NCBI GenBank assembly: GCA_951406725.2
Contig: OX597834.1
Location: 39,246,001-39,310,000 of the forward strand
Direction: 5' to 3'
DNA length: 64,000 nucleotides
Source: Octopus vulgaris
Taxonomy: Eukaryota
Shown here: positions 28,374-40,949 of the stretch, one piece after another
Position numbering within the stretch: position 1 is the first letter of the stretch
Layout of the letters: every line of letters starts with the position of its first letter
The notes under the pieces: generated by a model
The model's database searches: none
The model's input: the letters and a program-made list of their open reading frames with translations, nothing else
What the model was told of the DNA's origin: nothing
Position numbers and translations under genes: made by a program

Positions 28374-28930
28374 AATGCCCTGAGGCAGTACCTGACAGTG
28401 GCTCTATAATGGCTCCTGATCTTAACTGATTGGTAGTGTTATCATGTTATTTTGTCTTGGTATAAAAGATGGGCCACAGCAAATACTCTGCTCAATACCA
28501 CAGATTGTCAGTTGTTTGACCTTAACCAGTTGAGCATATCCCTTGGTGGCTGACGATATGGTCATCTCTGATCACGAGCAGACGTAGTGGAGGAGCATCG
28601 TGTTGAAAGGAATTCATTGGGATTTGAATAATTCCCCTCTGGAAACATGGGGTGTTTCGTTTAGCGTCTTTAAACGACCCTTCTTCAGGGACTTTTTGAG
28701 CGGTATGGACTACTCGACCAAAGAAAATTCTAATAGGGCCCCACCTGCAAGACCATGCACTGTTTATCTTGATATCAGATCACTTTTTCGCGCACATATC
28801 ATTGTGATGCCTGTGCCTGGTGAACCCTTATCAGACGGGTAGTCATCATAATGGGTATATTGGACTTAGTATATTTGCACTCCAGTGTCATTTTGATGGT
28901 ACGAGCTGCTCTCTCACTCCATAATAATAA
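28374..28930 (+). mobile_element. ~550-bp TAA-tailed dispersed repeat (family D)
   Basis: A second copy lies inverted at 47664-48133. Both end CTCTCTCACTC(C/A)ATAATAA. Confidence 0.8.
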
Positions 28931-29329
28931 TCTTTTGTACTAGAGGCACATAGCCAGGAATTTGGTGGTAGGGAAGTAGTCGATTACATCGACACCAGTG
29001 TTTCACTCGTACTTGATTTATCGACCTCAAAAAGTTGAAAGACAAAGTCAACCTCGGCGGAATTTGAACTGAGAACGTAACAGTAGACGAAATGCTTATT
29101 TCTTTACTACCCACAAGGGGCTAAACGCAGAGAGGACAAACAAGGACAGACAAACGGATTAAGTCGATTATATCGACCCCAGTGCGTAACTGGTATTTAT
29201 TTAATCGACCCCAAAAGGATGAAAGGCAAAGTCGACCTCGGCGGAATTTGAACTCAGGACGTAGCGGCAGACGAAATATCGCAAAGCATTTTTCCCGGCG
29301 TGCTAACGATTCTGCCAGATCGCCACCTT
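28930..29329 (-). mobile_element. dimeric SINE family B
   Basis: Two tandem cores (…GACCTCGGCGGAATTTGAACT…) at about 29050 and 29235, with the head at 29329. Confidence 0.85.
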
Positions 29330-29449
29330 AATAATAATAATATCAATAATAACAGTAATAATAATCATAATAATAATCTGTTATCTTTTACTTGTTTCAG
29401 TCATTAGACTGTGGCCATGCAAAATAAATAAATGAAATAAATAAATACT

Positions 29450-29853
29450 AGGCGCAGGAGTGGCTGTGTGGTATGTAGCTTGCTAACCAACCACATGGTT
29501 CCGGGTTCAGTCCCACTGCGTGGCACCTTGGGCAAGTGTCTTCTGCTATAGCCCCGGGCCGACCAATGCCTTGTGAGTGGATTTGGTAGACGGAAACTGA
29601 AAGAAGCCTGTCGTATATATGTATATATATATATATATGTGTGTGTGTATGTGTTTGTCCCCCTAGCATTGCTTGACAACCGACGCTGGTGTGTTTACGT
29701 CCCCGTCTCTTAGCGGTTCGGCAAAAGAGACCGATAGAATAAGTACTGGGCTTACAAAAAGAATAAGTCCCGGGGTCGATTTGCTCGACTAAAGGCGGTG
29801 CTCCAGCATGGCCGCAGTCAAATGACTGAAACAAGTAAAAGAGTAAAAGAGAG

Positions 29854-29917
<64 letters not shown>

Positions 29918-30100
29918 TCCCCCAAGCATTGCTTGACAACCGACGCTGGTGTGTTTACGTCCCCGTTACTTAGCGGTTCGGCAAAAGGGACCGATAGAAT
30001 AAGTACTGGGCTTACAAAAAGAATAAGTCCCGGGGTCGATTTGCTCGACTAAAAGGCGGTGCTCCAGCATGGCCACAGTCAAATGACTGAAACAAGTAAA
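29450..30100 (+). mobile_element. full-length SINE family A with tandemly duplicated 3' half
   Basis: tRNA-like head GGCGCAGGAGTGGCTGTGTGG...GGTTCAGTCCC. The 3' half at 29650-29850 is repeated almost identically at 29905-30100. Confidence 0.9.
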
Positions 30101-30328
30101 AAAAAAAGAAAAAAAAGAGAGTAAATAAACCATAGTAATTCTCGATCCCATTGTGGCTGGGTGTCGATGGTGAGATCGACTGAGTTTAGCTTTGTTAACG
30201 GGAAACGAAAGAACAAGAGGCGAGTCAAAATGGCGTGTTACGGTTGCAGCAGATTGGTTAAATATGGCTGACGAATCAGCACAGTCTGACAAACGCCATT
30301 AACGATACTCTCTCACCTTCTCTCTCTT

Positions 30329-30363
<35 letters not shown>

Positions 30364-30612
30364 GCTCGCTGTCTCTTGCTGTCTCTCTTGCTCACTCTCT
30401 ACCCCGCGCCCCCATTGTCTCTTTTTTTTTCATAGCTATTAATTTATATTCACTCATTGATAAAGTTGCCAAATTAATTAACTTTTCTGTATGCGCATGT
30501 GTATCATTGTCTATGAGAGTGTGTATGCATATATGTGTGCTTACATACATACGTACGTACATACATACATATACATACATATATATATATATATATATAC
30601 ACACATACATAA

Positions 30613-30726
<114 letters not shown>

Positions 30727-31084
30727 TAAACATCAGAAGGAAAAAGACCGTATGCATATATACATATATATACGCGTTCACGCATGTTTGTATATATATG
30801 TATATATATATATATATGTATGTATGTATGTGTGTGAGTATATATGTATGCGTGTGGGTGGGTGGGTTTACACATAAGTATATACATGCAAGCGTACATA
30901 CATATATGATTGTATATGCAGGTTTGTATGCATATGTGTATTATGTGTGTGCGTAGGCGCATGGACACATAACTTCATACCCGCTAAACAGGCTACCATA
31001 TGCCTTTTGTGCACAGCTTTCTATGTTCATATGTTCGGATACGAAATGCATGTATTTGTATCTAAGTTTAACTAAGTTTCGCTA

Positions 31085-31292
31085 ACAAAGAAGGCACAAG
31101 CCCCGGAATTTTGTGGGAGGTGGCTGATAGGTTACATCGACCTCAGCGCTTAACTGGTACTTATTCCATAGATCCCCCCACCCCACCCGAATGGACGAAA
31201 GGCAAAGGACCTTCGCAGCATTGAACTCGGAACAGAGAGACGGACAAAATACGGGAAAGCATTTTGTCTGACGTGCTACTGATTCTGCCAGC
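31085..31292 (-). mobile_element. SINE family B, degenerate
   Basis: AGGCACAAGCCCCGGAATTTTG...GTGCTACTGATTCTGCCAGC. Confidence 0.65.
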
Positions 31293-31820
31293 GAGTGTAG
31301 GGTGTTACTCGACCCCAGTACATGACGGGTATCTCGTTTTATCGTCGCCGGACAGAAGAAAAGCAAAGTTAACTTCGGTGGGAAAAGAATTCAGAATGAA
31401 AATATCAAAAAACCAAGGAAGAATCAATGGTCCTTCCCGATCTATAATCCGGTTTCCAGGATTCCGTAGCGTCTATATTTCCCGCACCCTGGACGGGACG
31501 ACAAATTTTTTCCCCACGAGAGTTCCGGACCCCTGTAATGAACTCATTTGCATACAGCCAATCAGAGCTCACCTTGAAAAATCCGCATACTGTGTACTGC
31601 TCCTGTACAGCCAGGCAAGCATAGAATGGTGTATGTCACTTTGTGAGTACAGCATAGCGCCACATTCCCCGCTACCGCTACCATCCTCATTGATCAATTG
31701 AACACCATCTCTACATGGAGCTAACATTAGGTACCTATGCTCACACTGAGATTAGTCATACTGCCTGTAGTCATTGATATATGCAAGGAGGACGCAGACA
31801 CGCGTCTCATACCAAAATCT

Positions 31821-32310
31821 TTAGTGACAATGTACTGAACTGAAACTTAAATAATCTGTACAACCCTCTGATAACTCACGGATGGTGGTTCGACAATTTT
31901 CCCTCACAGCTGCACGTACATCTGCGAGATTTTTCTCACTTCTGCTGCTTGCCAGTGTCTCAGAACGTTCGTTAATATCGACATTTTTTCGGCCATTTTG
32001 GAAACATTTGAACCCCTCGTACACTTGTGTGCGGCTCATACATCCCCCTCCATAACACTTTTTGCAATTTTGCTAGGCCTCTGAGTAGGTATAAACATGA
32101 CGACTTTGTCATGATCAATTCGACAAACACACGCTACACACCTTCATTCCAAGCACTGCTGCAAAAAGCGGAAGTGAGCTAGAACGTTAAAATTCAGTGC
32201 GCATGCACAGCACAGTTCAAAGTCAATCTTTGCCAAGCAGCTTCATTCGGCGTGCTTTAGTTTCGTTACTATTGCAACAATCCGGATATTTATTGAACAG
32301 ACTAGGTGTA
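31821..32310 (-). mobile_element. 5' part of a mariner element with transposase N-terminal fragment
   Basis: MSRTQVYEGFKCFQNGRKNVDINERS...VRAAVRENCRTTIRELSE is mariner HTH-like. A TIR-like end reads TACACCTAGTCTGTTCAATAAATATCCGGATT on the minus strand at 32279-32310. Confidence 0.75.
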
Positions 32311-32327
32311 CATACACATATATATAT

Positions 32328-32525
32328 TACTTGTTTCAGTCATTTGACTGCGGCCATGCTGGGGCATCGTCTTGATGAAATTTAGTCGAACCAATCGATC
32401 CCAGTATTAATTTAATTCAATTCTGTAATGTCTAGTACTTAGTCTATCGATCTTTTCTGCCGCACCAACGCCAGATGTGAAACTGGTTGTGGGAGACAAA
32501 ATCACACACATACACACACACACAC

Positions 32526-32588
<63 letters not shown>

Positions 32589-32740
32589 GACGCACACGAC
32601 GAGTTTTTTTCAGTTTCCATCAACCAAATCCGCTCACAAGGCTTTGTTCGGCCCGAGCCTATAGTAGTAAAAACTTGTCCAAGTTGCCACACAGTGGAAC
32701 CGAACCCGGGACCATATGATTGGAAAGTAAACTTCTTAAT
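32328..32740 (-). mobile_element. SINE family A
   Basis: Reverse-complement tail ACTTGTTTCAGTCATTTGACTGCGGCCATGCTGG, with head remnants near 32700. Confidence 0.8.
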
Positions 32741-32745
32741 CCGCA

Positions 32746-33059
32746 GGCTTAGTGGTTAGGGCATTCGACTCTTAATTGTAAGGTCGCGAGTTCAATTCCC
32801 GGCGACGCGTTGTGTCCTTGAGCAAGACACTTTATTTCCCGTTGCTCTAGTCCACTCAGCTAGCAAAAACGTATAGTTCCTGTATTTCAGAAGGGTCAGC
32901 CTTGTCACACTCTGTGTCACGCTGAATCTCCTTGAGAACTACTTTAAGGGTACACGAGTCTGTGGAGTGCTCAGCCACTTGCAAGTTAATTTCACAAGCA
33001 AACTGTTCCGTTGATCGTATCAGCTAGGACCCTCATCGTCGTAACTTACGGAGTGCTCC
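32746..33059 (+). mobile_element. full-length SINE family C
   Basis: A box GGCTTAGTGGTTAGG and B box GAGTTCAATTCC. Homologous to 10501-10805. Confidence 0.9.
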
Positions 33060-33082
33060 TATATATATATATATATATATAC

Positions 33083-33175
<93 letters not shown>

Positions 33176-33324
33176 CATATATGCATGTATATATATGTAT
33201 ATACTGCCAGTGTGCGTATGTATGTATCTATCTATATGTATATATGTATATATATATATATATATGTATATATATGTGAGTGTGTGTATACGTGCCAGTA
33301 TCTGTATGTATATATGTATCTAAC

Positions 33325-33391
<67 letters not shown>

Positions 33392-33838
33392 GTGTGTGTG
33401 TGTGTGTATGTATATATGTATGTACGTACGCGCACACTCTGCCAAGGAATGTGCAGCGCCAAGTAGCACTAGATATATATATATATCTAGACATATATAT
33501 ACACACATATACACTCTCTGACATTTATAGAACAACCTCCACTGTTGTTTTCAGGAGAGAGGAAAGTGTGTGTTTGAGGGTTGTGGGGGTGGGGGGATTG
33601 CTTCTAATTTTATTTTTGTCTTTTTTTTTCTTTTGTATTTATTTTATTTCCTTTTGATTTTATTTAAAAATCTTTTATCTGATCTTCGTCTCTTTTTTCG
33701 AATAGTGCGATTGACCTTTATTGCATAGGACCACACGCATACTCACACCCACCTTACAGCGGACCACACATCTATACAAATAGCTCCTTGAGAAACGACC
33801 CTATATATATATAATATATAATATATATATATATTATA

Positions 33839-33876
<38 letters not shown>

Positions 33877-33938
33877 AATATATGTACGTATGTATCCAAT
33901 GTTTTTATGTGTGGTCCTTTCTAAGGGAGGTGTACGTG

Positions 33939-33973
<35 letters not shown>

Positions 33974-34069
33974 ATATATATGCATGTATATACTTATATA
34001 CATGCATATACTGATAGTTATGCTTGTAAGTATATTTGTCTTTATCTGATACAAGTGTGGGTGTTTGTG

Positions 34070-34101
<32 letters not shown>

Positions 34102-34187
34102 TGTATGTATGTATGTATGTATGTATATATATATATATATATATATATACTCATATATACATACATACATCCATGCACACACACAAA

Positions 34188-34241
<54 letters not shown>

Positions 34242-34571
34242 CATTCATACATATATTTACATGCAAGCAGACACACCACCCACACTTAAGATTAGACAAA
34301 TATATACATAGAAACATATTTCGTAGAATAGTCTGCTTCTATTAAATCCACCTCTTTTCAAGAGGAACTACACATATGAATTTGTCATGTTTCGAAAGAA
34401 CAAACGAAATACACATAGAGATTATCAAAACTGAGAACACACAGGCACATGCGTATACAGAGAGAGAGAGAGTGTGTGTCTGTGTGTGAGAGAGAGGGAG
34501 AGAGACAGACAGAGGGAGAGAGAGAGGGAGACAGTTCGTTTGTTATCATCCTGTTGAAAAAATGCACAATT

Positions 34572-34988
34572 TATAGTGCAATACACTGTAATACTTTAGC
34601 CCTTGAGGTATGTCTGGTACTTTATTTGTCCCTGATAGGTGAAAAACTTCCGGCTTCGTCGGCAGGATTCGAACTCACTATGATAGAGGACGAAAGTAGA
34701 TACTAAATAACGTTTCTCATTGCACACAATAGGATTTCATATTGATGGATTGATGGACCCTGTATATTCAGCTCCGTCCGTAAAAGAAAATCGCTGTGGA
34801 AAAACAAAACGTTATGCTAAGTAGCAAAGAGGTTTCCATTCATAAGGATTGATAAGGTCGCATATTTTTACAGATATCATAGTGAGTTCGAATCCTGCCG
34901 ACGTAGCCGTAGGTTTTTCACCTATCACGGACAAATAAAGTACCAGACATACCTCAGGGGCTAATGCATTACAGTGTATTGCACTATA
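34572..34988. mobile_element. MITE-like element with 114-bp inverted arms resembling SINE core
   Basis: 34572-34685 and 34875-34988 are reverse complements with about 7 mismatches by eye. The ends are TATAGTGC...GCACTATA. Confidence 0.75.
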
Positions 34989-35029
34989 TATATATTTTTT
35001 ATAGTATCTAATTCTCTCACCCTTATTAA

Positions 35030-35105
<76 letters not shown>

Positions 35106-35278
35106 GTGTGTGTGTGTGTACAGATAAATTCTCTATTTACATAATATCGAGGTCTCTTTCATTCTTTTGCTGTCTTACCATTTTTATTAGTGATTAGGGC
35201 ATTCGGTTCACGATCGTAAAGTCATAAGTTCAATTCCCGGCGACGCGCTGTGTCCTTGAACAAGACACTTTATTTCAC

Positions 35279-35863
35279 CACCAGCCGAGTATACGTGTGG
35301 AGACAGCCAAAAGAAGCATTTGACCTAGACTGCCTTCTTCCAACTGTTAAACATGGAGGAGGACCTGTGATTATCTGGGCGGCTATATCTTGGAAATCCG
35401 CCGGCCCAATGGTTTCCCGTCATGGCAGAATTAATAGTGAAGACTATTTAAGTATTTTATCTGATCAAATTCATCCTATGGTTGTGGAATTGTTTCCTGA
35501 AAGAAACGCAGTCTTTCAGGATGACAATGCACCAATTCACACAGCTAAAGTTTTTAGTGAATGGCACGATGAACATTCTAGTGAAGTCGAACATCTTATC
35601 TGGCCACCACAGTCCTGAGATCTCAATATTTTTGAATATTTATGGTGCATTTTAGAAAGAACAAGTAAGGGGTCGATATCCTCCACCATCATCACTACAA
35701 GAACTGGAAACTGTTTTAGCTGAAGAACGGACTAAAATTCTTTTGGACAAGTCCATAACTCGTAGAATTCAAGCTGTAATTACTCCTAAAGGCGGTCCTA
35801 CGCCATATTAAAATAAATTTGCTTGAAATTTTAAGGTGTCTTCATTATTTTATCCAACCCTTA
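35279..35863 (+). mobile_element. Tc1-like transposase 3' half (pseudogene) with 3' TIR
   Basis: Motifs TVKHGGG..IIWAAI, FQDDNAPIH, WPPQS*DLNIFEYLW and RRIQAVITPKGGPTPY*. The terminus reads GGTGTCTTCATTATTTTATCCAACCC. A SINE C head precedes it at 35190-35278. Confidence 0.9.
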
Positions 35864-35867
35864 TATA

Positions 35868-35929
<62 letters not shown>

Positions 35930-36335
35930 TATTTCTTTACTGCTCACAATGGGCTAAACATAGATGAGACAAACAAGGACAGACAAACGGATTAAGTCGA
36001 TTACATCAACTCCAGTACGAAACTGGTACTTTATTTATCGACCCCGAAAGGATGAAAGACAAAGTCGACCTTGGCGGAATTTGAACGTCGACCTCGGCGG
36101 AATTTCAACGTAACGGCAGCCGAAATTCATTGGGGCTAAACACAGAGAGGACAAACAAGGACAGACAAACGGATTAAGTCGACTATATAGACCCCAGTGC
36201 GTAACTGGTACTTTATTTATCGACCCCGCAAGGATGAAAGGCAAAGTTGACCTCGGCGGAATTTGAACCTCAGAACGTAACGGCAGACGAAATACCGCTA
36301 AGCATTTCGCCCGGCGTGCTACCGATTCTACAAGC
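35930..36335 (-). mobile_element. composite/dimeric SINE family B
   Basis: Two tail+core units plus a local duplication of GTCGACCTYGGCGGAATTT. Confidence 0.85.
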
Positions 36336-36993
36336 TCACAGCATTCTTCATAATGGTAATATTATGATGTTGTCCCTGATAGTTCTCTTGTTCTGAGCAT
36401 GAATGTTTTTTGTTGTTGTTGTATATTTGTCTTTTTATTGTCATACAACAGAGCTCTCCGATTGGCTGAATCGAAAGTAAATTTGGTCCACTTCCGGTTC
36501 ACATACACTCCTCGATGACACATTTCTTTCGCGTCGTCTTTGTTGTTGTTGTTGTTGTTGTATCTTCGGTTTTCTTTGAGTCTCATTATTCCTGATTTTT
36601 TTCTTACTGCTGCTACTACTGCTGCTGCTGCTGCTGCTACCGTTGCTATTTTTCTAAAGGTTCTTGTCACTCTTATTGTTGCTGTTGTTATCGTTGTTGT
36701 TATTGTTGTTGTTATTGTTGTTGTTGCTGCTCTTCTTCTTATTGTTGTTGTTGTTGTTGTTGTTGTTGATTATTGTTTCAGATGTTTTTGTAAACCGTTT
36801 GGTGCAGTTGAAATAGCAATTGCTGACGTTGGCACCGGCGCAAAACTTTCGCAACAAACTGCTAAGGATTGCTGCCAGTAGTAGTAGTAGTAGTAGTAGT
36901 AGTAGGAGGAGGAGGAGGAGGAGGAGGAGGAGGAGGAGGAGGAGGCGGAGTGGGAGGGGGAGGGGGGGAGAGGGGGAGAAGGAGGAAGAGGAG

Positions 36994-37345
36994 GAGTTCC
37001 TGCAGCAGCAATAGTAGTAGTTGTTGTCATCGTCGTCGTCGTAGTAGTAGGAGTAGTAGTAGTAGGAGGAGGAGGAGGAGGGAGGAGAAGGAGGAAGTGG
37101 AGGAGGAAAAAAGAAGAGGAAGAGGAGGCGGAGGAGTAGGAGTTCCTGCAGCAGCAATAGTAGTAGTTGTTGTCATCGTCGTCGTAGTAGTAGTAGGAGT
37201 AGTAGTAGTAGGAGGAGGAGGAGGAGGAGGGAGGAGAAGGAGGAAGTGGAGGTGGAAAAAAGAAGAGGAAGAGGAGGCGGAGGAGTAGGAGTTCCTGCAG
37301 CAGCAATAGTAGCAGTTGTTGGCATCGTCGTCGTCGACGTAGTAG
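36994..37345. repeat. higher-order tandem repeat (~146-149-bp period, 2.4 copies) built from GTA/GTC/GGA triplets
   Basis: Anchor GAGTTCCTGCAGCAGCAATAGTAG at 36994, 37140 and 37289. Confidence 0.9.
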
Positions 37346-37680
37346 TAGCAGTAGTATTGGTAGCTGTTGTTGGTATTGGTGTTGTGCAGCCGCGGGATCA
37401 GCTGCAGTGGAATGCTATCTCGGGTCACAAAGTCGGTCGAAAGGTTCCAACCCTACAGATTCGTCGGACCAGATTCTAACCCCCGGGGCTTGGCATAGAA
37501 CGCTACAATATCCCATGATACACACCCTCCCCCACCGTACTGTATTACAGTATGACCTGATTGTGGTGTAGTACGATGTGGGGTCGTGTGGCTGAGATGG
37601 AGGGCACTGTATAGTACATTGCTGTGTGGTACTACAATGTAGATGTTACAGGGTGGTGTGATGATGATGATGATGATGGC

Positions 37681-37720
<40 letters not shown>

Positions 37721-37795
37721 TTGATGATGATGGTGGTGGTGGTGGTGGTGGTGGTGGTGGTGTGGTGGTGGTGGTTGTGGTGGTGGTTGTGGTGG

Positions 37796-37829
<34 letters not shown>

Positions 37830-38100
37830 AGTGACGATGATGTGATGATGTTGATTGCGATGACCACGAAGGTTATGATGACAACGACGACGACGACGAT
37901 GATGATGATGATGATAATCACGACTATGATAATGGTGGTGATGATGGTGCTGCTGTTGATGATGATGATGATGATCATGAGGAGGAGGAGGAGGAGGAGT
38001 AGAGGAAGAAGAAGAGAAGGAGGGGGATTGTGCTACTCCTGTTGATGATGATGATGATGGTGGCAGTGATGATGATGATAATGATGATAATGATGGTGAA

Positions 38101-38139
<39 letters not shown>

Positions 38140-38150
38140 AATGATGATGA

Positions 38151-38184
<34 letters not shown>

Positions 38185-38586
38185 GGTGGTGGTGATGATG
38201 ATATTATAGGTGTCGATGGAAAAGTCTCTACTGATGTGGCTATAAAGATCTCGCTGCTGCTGCGGCTTCTGCTGTAACTGTGGGAGCTAATATTGTTGTT
38301 GTTATTGTTGTTATTGTTTTTGTTGTTGTTACTGTTGCTTCTAATTATTTCACTATTTCTTTCGCCGGCGCCATTTTGTGTATTGTTCTTGATGTTGTTG
38401 TTGTTGTTGTTGGTGAGCTTCTTGGTGTATTTGGTTATTGTCATTGATATTGAGCTGATTTGACAAAAAACTTGTTACTTATACACACACATACATAAGG
38501 CATACATGAATATATACATATACATAAACACACACACACACACACATATATATACATACGTGACTACACAGATATACATACACACA

Positions 38587-38627
<41 letters not shown>

Positions 38628-38636
38628 ACATATGTA

Positions 38637-38671
<35 letters not shown>

Positions 38672-38871
38672 TATACATATATAAGCATTTATATACACAC
38701 GCACCCACACACTCACACACACATATATGAACTTACATACATACCTACATACATATATGCATGTATATATGCATCGTGTGTTTATGCATGTGTATGTGTG
38801 CATATACAATGGTGGCAATCGTGAGGAGGATGAGTGCAATAATTGTGAATATTGTTACCATAATGGTGATG

Positions 38872-38912
<41 letters not shown>

Positions 38913-38973
38913 GATAATCGTATATCAATAACAGCAACAACGAAGTAATAATGTCTTTTAGTAGTCGTTGTAC

Positions 38974-39036
<63 letters not shown>

Positions 39037-39178
39037 CAGTAGTAGTAGTAGTAGTAGTAGTAGCAGCAGCAGTAGTAGTAATAGCAGCAGCAGCAATAGT
39101 AGTAGTAGTAGTAGTAGTAGGAGGAGGAGGAGGAGGAGGAGGTGCAGCAGCTGCAGCAGCAGCAGTAGCAGCAGCAGC

Positions 39179-39224
<46 letters not shown>

Positions 39225-39275
39225 AAAAAGAGAGAAGACGACAACGACGATGACGACGACGACGACGACGACGAC

Positions 39276-39387
39276 GAAGAAGAAGAAGAAGAAGAAGAAG
39301 AAGAAGAAGAAGAAGAAGAAGAAGAAGAAGAAGAAGAAGAAGAAGAAGAAGAAGAAGAAGAAGAAGAAGAAGAAGAAGAAGAAGAAG

Positions 39388-39417
<30 letters not shown>
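39276..39417. repeat. pure (GAA)n tract
   Basis: About 140 bp of uninterrupted GAA following (GAC)n and (TAG)n. Confidence 0.95.
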
Positions 39418-39418
<1 letters not shown>

Positions 39419-39938
39419 TAGAAGAAGAAGAAGAGGGAGCGAGGAGGCAGGTGTATGAGGGAGGTAAGATAAATAAAAAAAAGGAAGGAGCCGAGAGGAA
39501 AGAAATGCATAAATAAATAATGACATTAAACGACAATGCCAGTGATTATCCCCGATGTGTGAAAGCGGATTTGTTCGGATCATATCAAAGGAGAGCTTGT
39601 TATGTCACCGGTGTTGAGAGAGAGGAAGGAGTCGCGGGGACAATGGCGAATGTTTAACACTTACACACACACACATCGCTATTATCAACTCTGATTGTTA
39701 TCATTGCTTTATCTATCATCACACACACACACAAACACACACAAGCACACAAGCAGAAACACAAACGCACCACACGCACACATAAACACATAGACACAGA
39801 CACAAATATATAAACAAATGTACTCATATACTATATATATATATATATATACACACACACATATATATATATAAATATGCACACATAGATTATATATAAT
39901 ACACATATGCCTATATAATCATACACATACATATGTGC

Positions 39939-40033
<95 letters not shown>

Positions 40034-40243
40034 TATTTATATCGATATATCTCTCTCTCACTCTCTCTCTAAATATGTACATGTGTGTATGTGTGTGTAT
40101 ATGCATATAAGCATATATATACACGCATGCATCATATTATGTACATGCAAGCATACGTGTCAGTGAGAAAAAGAGCAATTCGGGATACGCATATCTGTAT
40201 ATATGTAAGCATGGGTGTATGTGTGTGTGTGTGTATGTGTGTA

Positions 40244-40293
<50 letters not shown>

Positions 40294-40499
40294 TGTGCGC
40301 ATCTGTGACTGCCATCATTAAACAAACAGTTTTTGGTCAGTACTGGCCCAGATGTCGTTCGCCTTATATTTTAGAACTCCATAACCCACGACTATCATAA
40401 GTTTCGATTTGACCCAAACACATCCATATGTTTTATAATTCTTGGAGGAACATTTCCAGGCACCGTTGCAGAACGGAATTAAGAAAAGTAAGTTTAGTA

Positions 40500-40641
40500 T
40501 AAGTACAAAAAGAAAAAAATCTAAAACATTCGGGTTCAGTCTCACTGCGTGGAACCTTGGGCAAGTGTCTACTACTATAGCCACGGGTTGATCAAAAGCT
40601 TGTGATTAGATTTGGTAGATGGAAACCGAAAGAAGCCCGTC

Positions 40642-40677
<36 letters not shown>

Positions 40678-40810
40678 TTCGGCAAAAGAGGACGATAGAA
40701 TAAATATTACGCTTACAAAGAATTAGTGCTGGTATCGATTTACTCGACTAAAGGTGGTGTTCCAGCATGGCCGCAGTCAAATAATTGAAACAAGTAAAAG
40801 AATAAAAGAA
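40500..40810 (+). mobile_element. SINE family A
   Basis: GGGTTCAGTCTCACTGCGTGGAACCTTGGGCAAG...CCAGCATGGCCGCAGTCAAAT. Confidence 0.8.
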
Positions 40811-40949
40811 TATATTTAGCTTTCAATTGTTAGTTACAGCGTGCTCAATTTCGGTAGAGGGCGAATAGCTTGGGGTTTTTAATTTGAGGGTCTTTTAAAC
40901 TCGGTGCTGACATCCTTCAGACCATCTGAACGCAGAATCGTATTAAAAT

